Origin: Alphaproteobacteria bacterium
GTDB lineage: Bacteria > Pseudomonadota > Alphaproteobacteria > JAAXGF01
NCBI GenBank assembly: GCA_963555825.3
Contig: CAUVXB020000001.1
Location: 1,568,001 to 1,632,000 of the forward strand
Length of the DNA: 64,000 nt
Direction: 5' to 3'
Positions 1 through 9,390 of this stretch are shown here, piece after piece. Position numbers and translations under genes: made by a program. The notes under the pieces were generated by a model. It saw only the letters and a list, made by a program, of their open reading frames with translations. It was not told where the DNA came from and did not search any database. The first letter of the stretch is position 1; each line of letters opens with the position of its first letter.

Positions 1-2
1 AC

Positions 3-296
3 ACCGTGTACGTCGTCGAATTCCCGTCGGGCCCGGTTTCGTTCGGCGGCGACGTGGTGCGCGAATGGGGCCGGATCGAGACCGCGGCGGGTGCCATACA
101 GATCGTCACGCCGACCCAGTGCGTCATGGACCGATTGGCAGCGTTCTATCATTGGAGCGACCCGCAAGCCCTCGACCAGGCGATCGCGGTCGCAAGGGCG
201 CAAGAGGTCGATCTGCAGGCTATCGATACATGGTCCGAGCGCGAGGGCTTCGCCGAAGGATTCGGACGGTTCCGCCGGGTCCTGCGAACGCCCTAG
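3..296 (+). CDS. C-terminal part of a hypothetical protein (possibly nucleotidyltransferase-like); runs off the window edge
   Basis: Frame is open from the window start; VEFPSGP...TPTQCVMDRLAAFYHWSD looks like a conserved-hypothetical sequence; codon usage is host-like. Confidence 0.55.
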   Translation, partial: TVYVVEFPSGPVSFGGDVVREWGRIETAAGAIQIVTPTQCVMDRLAAFYHWSDPQALDQAIAVARAQEVDLQAIDTWSEREGFAEGFGRFRRVLRTP

Positions 297-347
297 GTCG
301 GAATCGCCAAAGCGCTGAATAGCCGACCGTTCGCAAGGCGGTCTGGA

Positions 348-2306
348 TTAGATCGCCGTCGCCACCTCGAGCGCCTCGACGACGGCCTCCTCGACGGTGC
401 GCGGCGCGAGACAGTCGCCGATCGGGTGGACCTCGCCGGGGTAGTCCGCAAGCGCGGCTTCGAGACCCGCATTGCGCTCGTGGCCCATCGAGACGATCAC
501 CGTGTCGATACCGGCGAACAAGACCGGCTCGCCGCTCGTCGTCTGCATGAAATAGGCGGTGTCGGCGTCGACGCCGTAGAGCCGTGCGTACGTCGTCATC
601 TCGACGCCGAGCCTGGTCAGCTCGGCGATCCACTGGTCGCGGATGTAGTTCTGCACGCCCTCGCCCGGTGCACGGCCGCTCGTCGCATAGCGCACGCGGT
701 GGCCATCGATCGCAAGTTTCTCGGCCAATCCCAAGCCGATCCAGTCGCCCAGCCAGTCGGCGATGACCACCGAGGTGCCGACGTTGGCTTCGTTCCTGAG
801 CACCTGCCAGGCGTCGACGACATGGGCGTCGGCGCGGCCCTCGATCGCCGGGTCGCGGGGCGTGGCGCCGGTCGCCACGATGACGACGTCGGGCGCCGCC
901 TCGTCGATCATCCGGCGCGTGACCTCGACGCCGGTGCGCACCACGGCGCCGGCGCGTTCCATCTCGCGCGTGAAGTTGGGCACGATGCCGCCGAACTCGG
1001 CGCGCCCGGGCAGCAGTTGGGCGAGCAGGACCTGGCCGCCGAGTTGCTTTTCGCGCTCGTAGAGCGTCACCGCGTGGCCGCGCTCGGCCGCCACCGCCGC
1101 CGCCTTCATGCCGCCGGGGCCGCCACCGACCACCATCACTTTTCGCGCGGTTACGGCCGGCGCGCGCGTGCCGTAGACCAGCTCGCGCCCGGTCTCGGGG
1201 TGTTGGATGCAGGAGATCGGCACGTCCAACTGCATATGCCCGATGCACGCCTGGTTGCAGGCAATGCAGGCGCGGATGTCGTCGAGCCGGCCGGCCGCCG
1301 CCTTACCGGCCATCTCGGGGTCGCAGATCATGGCGCGCGTCATGCCGCACATGTCGGCCTGGCCCGAGGCGATGACCTGCTCGGCGATCTGCGGTTGGTT
1401 GATGCGCCCGGCGACGAACACCGGCTGGTCGACGGCGGCCTTCACTTTCGCCGCGAAGGGCGCGACGTAGCCGGTCTCGATGCGCATCGGCGGCACGATG
1501 TGGACCGCGCCGCCGGTCGTCGCCGACGACCCGGCGATGACGTTGAAGTAATCGTAGACGCCGTCGCCGCCGAGTGCCGTGATCGCCGCCAGCGTCTCGT
1601 CCGGCTCGAGGCCGCCGTGCTCCATCTCGTTGCCCGAGATACGCAGGCCGACGACCATGTCGGGCCCGACCTTGGCGCGGATGTTGGCGGCGACGTCGCG
1701 CAGGAAGCGCAGCCGGTTCTCGTGGCTGCCGCCGTAGGCATCGTCGCGCGAATTGACCCGCGGATTGAGGAACTGCGCCGGCAGATAGCCGTAGCTCGCG
1801 ACCACCTCGACGCCGTCGAGACCCGCCGCCTGCAAGCGCAAAGCCGTGTCGCCGAAGGCCTCGACGATCTCGCCGATCATCGCCAGCGACATCGGCCGCG
1901 CCATGATGCCGTAACGCTCGGCCGGCACCTCGGACGGCGCGTAGGCGATCGGCCGGGTGCCGTCGGCGCGCAGGCCGAAGACCTCGCGCCCGGGATGGAA
2001 GAGCTGGCCGAACACCTTGCAGCCGTGGCCGTGGACCGCCCGCGCCAGACGCCGGTAGCCGTCGATGCAGGCGTCCTCGTAGCCCTTGATGGTGTGCGAC
2101 GAGAAGAACGCCGTCTCGTGCACCGCGGCGACCTCGACGATGACCAGCCCGGCGCCGCCGCGCGCCCGCGCTTCCTGATAGGCGATCAGCGCGTCGTTGG
2201 GCGCGCCGTCGTCGACCAGCACGGTCTGGTGGCCGGTCGAGAAGATGCGATTCCTGAGCTCGACCGACCCGACCGTGAGCGGCGTGAAGAGATGCGTGAA
2301 CGTCAT
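348..2306 (-). CDS. NADH:flavin oxidoreductase (old yellow enzyme / 2,4-dienoyl-CoA reductase / StcD-DgcA-like)
   Basis: LFTPLTVGSVELRNRI N-terminus, GYL..QFL.P..N.R.D.YGGS.ENR, 4Fe-4S motif CIACNQAC...C, FAD motif VVGGGPGG; ATG at 2306 with RBS. Confidence 0.9.
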   Translation of the reverse strand: MTFTHLFTPLTVGSVELRNRIFSTGHQTVLVDDGAPNDALIAYQEARARGGAGLVIVEVAAVHETAFFSSHTIKGYEDACIDGYRRLARAVHGHGCKVFGQLFHPGREVFGLRADGTRPIAYAPSEVPAERYGIMARPMSLAMIGEIVEAFGDTALRLQAAGLDGVEVVASYGYLPAQFLNPRVNSRDDAYGGSHENRLRFLRDVAANIRAKVGPDMVVGLRISGNEMEHGGLEPDETLAAITALGGDGVYDYFNVIAGSSATTGGAVHIVPPMRIETGYVAPFAAKVKAAVDQPVFVAGRINQPQIAEQVIASGQADMCGMTRAMICDPEMAGKAAAGRLDDIRACIACNQACIGHMQLDVPISCIQHPETGRELVYGTRAPAVTARKVMVVGGGPGGMKAAAVAAERGHAVTLYEREKQLGGQVLLAQLLPGRAEFGGIVPNFTREMERAGAVVRTGVEVTRRMIDEAAPDVVIVATGATPRDPAIEGRADAHVVDAWQVLRNEANVGTSVVIADWLGDWIGLGLAEKLAIDGHRVRYATSGRAPGEGVQNYIRDQWIAELTRLGVEMTTYARLYGVDADTAYFMQTTSGEPVLFAGIDTVIVSMGHERNAGLEAALADYPGEVHPIGDCLAPRTVEEAVVEALEVATAI

Positions 2307-2317
2307 GGCGCCTTCCC

Positions 2318-2695
2318 TCAATCCTGCGGATGGGCGAAGTAGAGCTTGTTGATGATCTGCCAGCGGCCGTCGCGCTCGAGCATCGACAGGTAGTCGGTGA
2401 ACCAGATGCCGAGGTAGAGATTGGCGACCTTGGCCACCGCGCTGTCGCCCGTGACGTCGATCGTTTCGATCCGCGCCTCGTAGGATTCGCCCGCCGCCAA
2501 CGTCGACTCCGCTATGCAAAAGTCGACGAACGCGTCGAGTGAGCTCCATTCCAGCTCGCCCTCGAAATGGCCGATGACGAAGGCGTCGGCATGGAACGCG
2601 CACCTCAACTTCGCCTCGTCGCCATAGAACATGCCGTCGAAATAGTCCTGGGCGACCTGCGCAATACGCTCTTGGACGGTGCCGGTTTCACTCAT
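2318..2695 (-). CDS. NTF2-like / putative lumazine-binding protein
   Basis: YFDGM..GD...L..AFH.DA and FTDYLSML..DGRWQI.NK pattern; GGAG RBS. Confidence 0.8.
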   Translation of the reverse strand: MSETGTVQERIAQVAQDYFDGMFYGDEAKLRCAFHADAFVIGHFEGELEWSSLDAFVDFCIAESTLAAGESYEARIETIDVTGDSAVAKVANLYLGIWFTDYLSMLERDGRWQIINKLYFAHPQD

Positions 2696-2710
2696 TGTCG
2701 TCTCCATCGG

Positions 2711-4420
2711 TCAGAATCCCGCGATCGCCGTCGTCCAGCTTGGGCCGGCGGCCGCCGTGAGCGTGCCGCTGCGGGGGTTGGCGGCGACCGCGCAGATGCG
2801 GCCGAAGGTCGTCCCGGCGTTGGGCCGCTCCTCGGCGAGCACCACCTCGTGGCCGGCCTTGGCGAGGCGACCGCGGACGGCCTCGGGGATGCGCGCATCG
2901 ACGTAGGTCGCGCCGCCCTGGCTGTGGACGCGCGGGTGGTCGAGCGCGCGCTGCAGCTTCATGCGGTGGTCGATGACGTTGATCATGGTGTGCAGCACGC
3001 CTGTTTCGATGCGATAGTCGCCCGAGCCCGAGCAGGCGAAGACGGCTTTGCCCGCCCTGGTCGCGACGATCGCGGGCGCGGCGAAGATCGGCATTTTTCG
3101 CGGCGCGATGCTCGAGGGGAAGCCGGGGCGCGGATCGAAGTTCTGCATCGCGTTGTTGAGGAAGATGCCGGCGTCCGGCACGTAGACCAGCGAGCCGAAG
3201 CCCGAGCCGACGCTCATGCACACCGACGCCATGTTGCCCCAGCGGTCGGCGGCGGCAAACTGGCTGGTGCCGACGCGGCGCGCGCGCTGCGGGTCGCCCG
3301 CGACCACCTCCGGCGCGGCACCCGAGGCGTCATAGGGCCAGGGGTCGCCCGGCGCGACCGGGCGCGCAAGCGCCTTGCGCATGCGGATGAGCTTGCGGCG
3401 CTCGGCGGCGAAGGCCGCGTTGGCCAGGCCGTCGACCGGGCTCTCGACGAAGGCCGGGTCGCCGTAGTGGGTCATCGAATCGGCGAAGGCGACGGCCAGC
3501 GCCTCGGCCATCAGGTGTCGGTATTCGTATGAGTCCGGGCCGTAGCCCCGGAGGTCGTAGCGATCGAGGATGTTGAGCGCCTCGTAGGCGACCTGGTCGT
3601 AGCACGAGACGTAGTCGTGGCCGCGGTAGCGCGCCGGCCGCTCGCGCAGGATGCGCGGCTCGTAGGCGGCGAGGTCGTCGGCCGAGAGGATGCCGCCGTT
3701 CGCCATGAAGCGGTCGATCGCCTTGGCGACGCGGCCGCGGTAGAAGCCCGCCTTGCCGCGCCGGGCGATGTCGCCCAGCGTGCGCGCCAGCGCGGCCGTG
3801 TCGAGCACGTGACCGCCGTCTTCGTAGCCGGGCACGTCGGGCAGCTTGCCGCCGGGCAGCAGATGCGCGGCGGTCGCCGGCAGCGCGGCGATGCGCTCGG
3901 CATTGTCGGCGATGGTGGCCTTGTCGTCCCAGCGCAGGGCCACGCCGGCCTCGGCCGCCTCGATCGCCGGCGCCAACACCTGGGCGAGCGGCAGCTTGCC
4001 GCCCAGCGCGTGGGCGTCGACGAAGCCGGCGACCGCGCCCGGCACGGCGGGCGCGAGCATGCCGTAATAGGCCTGGTCGCCCTTGGTGAAGGGGTGGCCG
4101 TAGTAGGTCGGCGACCGCTTGCGGTCGAGCTTGAACATCCTGGCGTGAGCCTTCAACGGCGCCCGGCAATAGGCGTCGATGGTCAGGAACTCGCCCGGGT
4201 CGGCAAGCCACAGCGAGATATGCGCGTAGCCGCCGAGGCCGCAGGACGCCTGCTCGGTGACGCAGGCGGTGAAGGCGCCGGCAACCAGTGCGTCGATCGC
4301 GTTGCCGCCCTGCTCCATGACGCGCACGCCGGCTTCGACGCTCAACGGGTGGCCGCCCGAGCAGACGCCCCGCTCGACCTCGACTTCACCGTGGGTGTGG
4401 ATGCGCGCACCCGTGATCAT
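2711..4420 (-). CDS. gamma-glutamyltransferase family protein
   Basis: GGNAIDA, AVPG.VAG, LAPAIE.AE.G, nucleophile Thr in GTSQFAAADRWGN, LNNAMQNF. Confidence 0.9.
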   Translation of the reverse strand: MITGARIHTHGEVEVERGVCSGGHPLSVEAGVRVMEQGGNAIDALVAGAFTACVTEQASCGLGGYAHISLWLADPGEFLTIDAYCRAPLKAHARMFKLDRKRSPTYYGHPFTKGDQAYYGMLAPAVPGAVAGFVDAHALGGKLPLAQVLAPAIEAAEAGVALRWDDKATIADNAERIAALPATAAHLLPGGKLPDVPGYEDGGHVLDTAALARTLGDIARRGKAGFYRGRVAKAIDRFMANGGILSADDLAAYEPRILRERPARYRGHDYVSCYDQVAYEALNILDRYDLRGYGPDSYEYRHLMAEALAVAFADSMTHYGDPAFVESPVDGLANAAFAAERRKLIRMRKALARPVAPGDPWPYDASGAAPEVVAGDPQRARRVGTSQFAAADRWGNMASVCMSVGSGFGSLVYVPDAGIFLNNAMQNFDPRPGFPSSIAPRKMPIFAAPAIVATRAGKAVFACSGSGDYRIETGVLHTMINVIDHRMKLQRALDHPRVHSQGGATYVDARIPEAVRGRLAKAGHEVVLAEERPNAGTTFGRICAVAANPRSGTLTAAAGPSWTTAIAGF

Positions 4421-4686
4421 GGCGTCTCTCCCCGGATTTCCCGCCGCATCGGAGCATAGCCGAGACGACTCGTCCGTCAGCCGAAATTTCGCCGCCAATA
4501 TCGGCCGCATGAACAACGACATCGCGAAAGCGTGATCGTCGAATTCGACGACGGGGCACGAGTTCCCGACGGGGTTGTCGTATAGTGGCGTTGAAAGGCC
4601 TGAACGGCCGCTGTATTTGGTAGTTCTGGCGACGGCAGCGCGATTGGCACCGTCCAACGAGAAACGAACACCGGAGGAGCATAACC

Positions 4687-5349
4687 ATGACACTGCAACT
4701 CGGGGACACCGCCCCGGACTTCACCGCCGAATCCACCGAGGGTACGATCAACTTCCACGATTGGATCGGCGACAGCTGGGCGATGATGTTCTCGCACCCC
4801 AAGGACTTCACGCCGGTCTGCACCACCGAACTCGGCTATGTCGCGAAGCTCAAGCCCGAGTTCGACAAGCGCAACGTCAAGGTCGTCGGGCTGAGCGTCG
4901 ATTCGGTCGAGGACCACGTCGCGTGGTCAAAGGACATCGAGGAGACCCAAGGCGCCGCGCCGAACTATCCGATGATCGGCGATTCCGATCTCAGCGTCGC
5001 CAAGCTCTACGGCATGATCCACCCGAACGCGCGCGGCAAGGCATCAGAACGCACGGCGGTGGACAACGCGACGGTGCGCAACGTGTACGTCATCGGGCCG
5101 GACAAGAACATCAAGCTGATGATCACTTATCCGATGAGCACCGGACGCAATTTCGACGAGATACTTCGGGTCATCGATTCATTGCAGTTGACCGCCAATC
5201 ATCAGGTCGCCACGCCGGCCAATTGGCAGGACGGCGACGACGTGATCATCGTCCCGGCGGTGAAGGACGAGGCGGCCAGGGAAAAGTATCCGGACGGCTG
5301 GACGGCGCCGAAACCCTACCTCAGGTTTGTCCCGCAGCCTGGCAAGTAG
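4687..5349 (+). CDS. 1-Cys peroxiredoxin (Prx6 type)
   Basis: FSHPKDFTPVCTTE, YPMSTGRNFDEILR, ATPANW; GGAGG RBS. Confidence 0.95.
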   Translation: MTLQLGDTAPDFTAESTEGTINFHDWIGDSWAMMFSHPKDFTPVCTTELGYVAKLKPEFDKRNVKVVGLSVDSVEDHVAWSKDIEETQGAAPNYPMIGDSDLSVAKLYGMIHPNARGKASERTAVDNATVRNVYVIGPDKNIKLMITYPMSTGRNFDEILRVIDSLQLTANHQVATPANWQDGDDVIIVPAVKDEAAREKYPDGWTAPKPYLRFVPQPGK

Positions 5350-5369
5350 CCGTCGCGGCTGATCGATAG

Positions 5370-6044
5370 GTGACGCGACTGACCGGCTCCGCGCCGGCCG
5401 CGATCGGCGCGGCGCTTTTCGCCATCGCCATCGTCGTGGCCGGGTCATCGCGCGCCGACCCGGCCGGCGATTTCGTCGCGCGCTACGTTGCGGCGGTCAA
5501 TGCCGGCAGCGAGGACGGCATCGTTGCGCTGCTCCACCCGGCGACGCGCGCCTGCATGGACGAGGCAAGTGGCGACTTCTTCGACTACATACTCGCCAAC
5601 GAGCTCAAACGGTCGATCCCCGACACGTACCGTCTGACCGTGACGCCGGTTGCCGATGACGAGACGCTGCTGATGGCGGGCATGCTCGGCTACCCGGTAC
5701 GGCCGAGCCATACCCTGCAGATCGATTTCGACGATGGCCCCTACAGCGGGACCACGATCATCAGCTACGCCATCGACGACGGCGGCTTGTGGCACACGGT
5801 GATCGGCTGTCCGACGCCCGAGGCGGTCGCGATGTTCCGCGAGGCCCGCGCCCGCGCCCTGGAGCAGGAGGAACGGGCCCGCGAACTCGCAGCGCAGGTC
5901 TCGCCGACGTTGCGGGCCGAAATCGAGACGCTCATGGCGGAGGGCCAGCGAATCGTGGCGATCAAGCGGTATGCCGCGGAAGCCGGCGTCGGACTGGCGA
6001 TCGCCCGCGCCGTTGTCCTGCTGATCGCGGGCGCCGGCGAATGA
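5370..6044 (+). CDS. hypothetical exported protein with a C-terminal segment resembling the L7/L12 CTD
   Basis: Hydrophobic N-terminal signal-like segment; C-terminal GQRIVAIKRY...GVGLA.A. Confidence 0.6.
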   Translation: MTRLTGSAPAAIGAALFAIAIVVAGSSRADPAGDFVARYVAAVNAGSEDGIVALLHPATRACMDEASGDFFDYILANELKRSIPDTYRLTVTPVADDETLLMAGMLGYPVRPSHTLQIDFDDGPYSGTTIISYAIDDGGLWHTVIGCPTPEAVAMFREARARALEQEERARELAAQVSPTLRAEIETLMAEGQRIVAIKRYAAEAGVGLAIARAVVLLIAGAGE

Positions 6045-6149
6045 TTCGGCTTGTCCGACGGTACGTTTGTCCCTAATTGACGTTGCGGGCAGCTTCCGCA
6101 CCCGATATGACCTGGGGATCGACGGCGGTACGGTCCCGGAGCGAACGGC

Positions 6150-7019
6150 ATGTTTATTCAGATCGAGAAGACGCCCGACACGAATGTCCTGACCTTTCTG
6201 CCCGGCCGCACGGTGCTGGGCTCGGGCAGCCTGACTTTCGCGGATACGGAAGAGGCCGAGCGCTCACCGCTCGCCGCGCGGCTCATGCAGATCGCCGGGA
6301 TCGAGCGCGTCACCCTTGGCGCCGATCATGTCGAGGCAGCGAAGGCCGGCGACGCCGATTGGCAGCTGCTGAAGCCCGCCGTGCTCGGCGTCATCATGGA
6401 GCATTTTCTCGGTGGCCACCCGGTGCTTGCGGCCGCGCCGCCGGCGCCCCCCGCCTACGACGCCGACGACGCCGAGCTGGTCGCCGAAATCGAAGCGCTG
6501 CTCGACGAACGCATCCGCCCGGGCCTGACCGAGGACGGCGCCAAGATTGCGTTCCTCGGCTATAGCGACGGCGTCGTCGAGCTCGACCTCGACGGCAGTG
6601 GTCTTGCCGTGCCGGTGTTCAGCATCAAGATCCGCATCGAGAACACGCTGCACCACCACCTGCCCGAGATCGAGACCGTGCGGTTCGTCGAGAAAATCTC
6701 GGCGCCCGAAGATCTCGACTGGGACAATCCCGAGGTCGTCGCCGTCCACGACCTGCTCGAGGAACGCATCAACCCGGCGGTCGCCGCCCACGGCGGCCAT
6801 ATCGCGCTGATCGACGTCAAAGACCACACCGCCTACATCCGCCTCGAGGGCGGTTGCCAGGGCTGCGGCATGGCCGACGTAACGCTCAAGCAAGGCGTCG
6901 AGGTGATGATCCTGGAAAACGTTCCGACGATCACCGCGGTGCTCGATTCGACCGACCACGCCGGCGGCACCAACCCCTTCTTCGAACAAGGCAAGGACGG
7001 CGGCTTCACGCCGTTCTAG
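6150..7019 (+). CDS. Nfu-type Fe-S cluster carrier (Nfu_N plus two NifU-C domains)
   Basis: MFIQIEKTP..N.L.FLPG (Nfu_N), W..LKP.VLG.IMEHF, INPAVAAHGG and GGCQGCGMA. Confidence 0.9.
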   Translation: MFIQIEKTPDTNVLTFLPGRTVLGSGSLTFADTEEAERSPLAARLMQIAGIERVTLGADHVEAAKAGDADWQLLKPAVLGVIMEHFLGGHPVLAAAPPAPPAYDADDAELVAEIEALLDERIRPGLTEDGAKIAFLGYSDGVVELDLDGSGLAVPVFSIKIRIENTLHHHLPEIETVRFVEKISAPEDLDWDNPEVVAVHDLLEERINPAVAAHGGHIALIDVKDHTAYIRLEGGCQGCGMADVTLKQGVEVMILENVPTITAVLDSTDHAGGTNPFFEQGKDGGFTPF

Positions 7020-7921
7020 ACGCCGCTGCCGTCAACAATCTCGAACGCGACGTCCTCTTCGGGCGCGCCGTCGCTTACGACGACGCCGCGATCGACCAAC
7101 TCGATCAGATGAGCGAGGACCGAGCGGCGCGCCGCCGGCCACAGACCCGCCGTCAGGTCGGGGTACATCGGGGCGACCATGTCGGCGATCATCGTCACGC
7201 CGTCGGCGAGGCAGGCGAAAACCTGGCGCTCGCGCAAGGCCCGATGATCGAGAAAGGCGCGCACGTGGCGCTCGGGCGCATCGATCGCCGGCCCGTGCGT
7301 CGGCCAGTAGACCCGGTCGTCGCGCTCGAGCAGGCGGGCGAGGCTCGCCCGGTAGGCGGCCATATCGCCGTCGGGCGGCGCGACCACCGAGGTCGACCAG
7401 CCCATGACATGATCGCCGCTGAACAGCGTCCGTTCGGCATCGAGCGCGAAACAAAGATGGTTCGAGGTGTGCCCCGGCGTGTGAACCGCGGCGACCCGCC
7501 AGCCGGCGCCGTCGACGACGTCGCCATCGCCGAGCACGACGTCGGGCACAAAATCGCGGTCGGCGCCTTCCTCGACCGCCGGCCCGCCGCCGCCCCCGCC
7601 ATGTGGCCCGAAGCCATAGGTCGGCGCGCCGGTCGCCTGACCGACCAGCCGCGCCGCGGGCGAATGGTCGAGGTGGGTGTGGGTGATCAACTGGTGTGTA
7701 ACGGTCTCGCCGGCGAGCGCCGTGAGCAGCGCGTCGACATGCGCGTCGATCGCCGGTCCGGGATCGATGATCGCGACCTCGCCCCGCCCGAGGATGTAGG
7801 TGCCGGTGCCGTGAAAGGTGAACGGCCCCGGATTGCCGGCGATGACGCGGCGGACCATTGGCGCCACCTGCTCGATGACGCCGACCTCGAATTTCATCTC
7901 GGTGACGAAGGGGATCGTCAA
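7016..7921 (-). CDS. metallo-beta-lactamase-fold hydrolase (LACTB2-like)
   Basis: NPGPFTFHGT.TY, THTHLDH, HTPGH..NH, FSGDHVMGWSTS; TTG start with RBS. Confidence 0.9.
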   Translation of the reverse strand: MTIPFVTEMKFEVGVIEQVAPMVRRVIAGNPGPFTFHGTGTYILGRGEVAIIDPGPAIDAHVDALLTALAGETVTHQLITHTHLDHSPAARLVGQATGAPTYGFGPHGGGGGGPAVEEGADRDFVPDVVLGDGDVVDGAGWRVAAVHTPGHTSNHLCFALDAERTLFSGDHVMGWSTSVVAPPDGDMAAYRASLARLLERDDRVYWPTHGPAIDAPERHVRAFLDHRALRERQVFACLADGVTMIADMVAPMYPDLTAGLWPAARRSVLAHLIELVDRGVVVSDGAPEEDVAFEIVDGSGV

Positions 7922-7998
7922 GCCAGTGTCCCTCTGCGTTTGCGGTTGCGGCGCCGCCATGTTGCCCGAAACGCCCACCGGGTGTCTAATGGCCAATC

Positions 7999-8304
7999 AT
8001 GCGGTGGATCCGGACAGCGGCGCTTGCGACGATGATCGCGATGAGCGCGCCGGCGGCTGCGGCGGTCGGCGACGGCGCGGGACTTCGAATGCCCGTGCCC
8101 GCGGCGGATAGTCTGCGCGTTACGCGGCTCTCGACCTTCGCGATCCGCGACCTGCTCGAGGCGCATGGCTACCGCGATATCGGCAAGATCACGTTCAACG
8201 GCTTCACGTATATCACGCGCGCGACCGATCGCGACGGCCGGCGGGTAAAGCTCTATGTCGACCCGTCCACGGCCAAGGTACTGAAGAAGAAGTTCTACAA
8301 GTAG
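7999..8304 (+). CDS. PepSY-like exported small protein
   Basis: Signal peptide plus L...GY.DI..I......Y...A.DRDG....L.VDP.T. Confidence 0.7.
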   Translation: MRWIRTAALATMIAMSAPAAAAVGDGAGLRMPVPAADSLRVTRLSTFAIRDLLEAHGYRDIGKITFNGFTYITRATDRDGRRVKLYVDPSTAKVLKKKFYK

Positions 8305-8305
8305 G

Positions 8306-9196
8306 TCAGCCGTCGCCGACGAGGCGCGCGCGCGCCTCCTCGTACTTCTCAGATGTCCTGGCCGTGATGTCGGCCGGCAGCTCGGGCGCCGGCGGTCGCT
8401 TGTTCCAACCGATGCTTTCGAGGTGGTTGCGCACGAACTGCTTGTCGAAGCTTTCCGGGCTGTGGCCCGGCGCGTAGGTTTCGGCCGGCCAAAAGCGCGA
8501 CGAATCGGGCGTCAGCACCTCGTCGATCAGCACCAGTTCGCCGTCGCCGTCGAGCGCAAACTCGAATTTGGTGTCGGCGACGATGATGCCGCGGCCGGCG
8601 GCGTAGTCGCGGGCGTGTTGGTAGACTGCGATGGCGGCGTCGCGCACGCGGGCGGCAACGTCGGCGCCGATCAAATCGACAGCCTTGTCGTAGCTGATGT
8701 TCTCGTCATGCGCGCCCATTTCCGCCTTGGTCGAGGGCGTGAACAGCGTCTCGGGCAGCTTGTCGGCGCGGCGCAGACCCTCGGGCAACGGGATGCCGCA
8801 GACCGTTCCGCCGCGCTGATATTCCTTCCAGCCCGAGCCTTCGATATAGCCGCGCACGATGGCCTCGATCGGCAGCGGCTCGAGCCGGCGGACGACCATC
8901 GAGCGGCCGACCAGCGGCGCGCGCTCGGCGGCGTCGGGCACCGCGTCCTCGAGGCTCATGCCGGACAGATGGTTGGCGACGATGCCGCCGGTCCGCGCGA
9001 ACCAGAAGTACGACAGCGCGGTCAACACCGCGCCCTTGCCGGGGATCGGCGTCGGCAGCACGACGTCGAACGCCGACAACCGGTCGCTGGCGACGATCAG
9101 CAGGTGGTCGTCGTCGACGGCATAGTTGTCACGCACCTTGCCGCGACTGATCAGCGGCAGGCTTTCGAGGGTCGATTCGAACAGTGTCTCGGTCAT
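8306..9196 (-). CDS. purC: SAICAR synthase
   Basis: GKVRD.Y, SDRLSAFDVV, FTPSTKAE, ADTKFEF, DEVLTPDSSRFW, DKQFVR. Confidence 0.97.
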   Translation of the reverse strand: MTETLFESTLESLPLISRGKVRDNYAVDDDHLLIVASDRLSAFDVVLPTPIPGKGAVLTALSYFWFARTGGIVANHLSGMSLEDAVPDAAERAPLVGRSMVVRRLEPLPIEAIVRGYIEGSGWKEYQRGGTVCGIPLPEGLRRADKLPETLFTPSTKAEMGAHDENISYDKAVDLIGADVAARVRDAAIAVYQHARDYAAGRGIIVADTKFEFALDGDGELVLIDEVLTPDSSRFWPAETYAPGHSPESFDKQFVRNHLESIGWNKRPPAPELPADITARTSEKYEEARARLVGDG

Positions 9197-9390
9197 ATTT
9201 TTTTCCGGTCTCGGTAATCGCGCGGTCGCGACGGCGCAGAATGTCGCGTTCGGCGACCGTTGTCACCCGCGCATCTTATTTGGTCGTGTCCCGGTTTGAA
9301 ATTTGCCATGTGGAAAGCGCGAAGCGCAACCATATGTCGGCCCATTTTAAGGGTTTGTATCGCACCCGGTTCCTTGGACACAAGTTTGTC

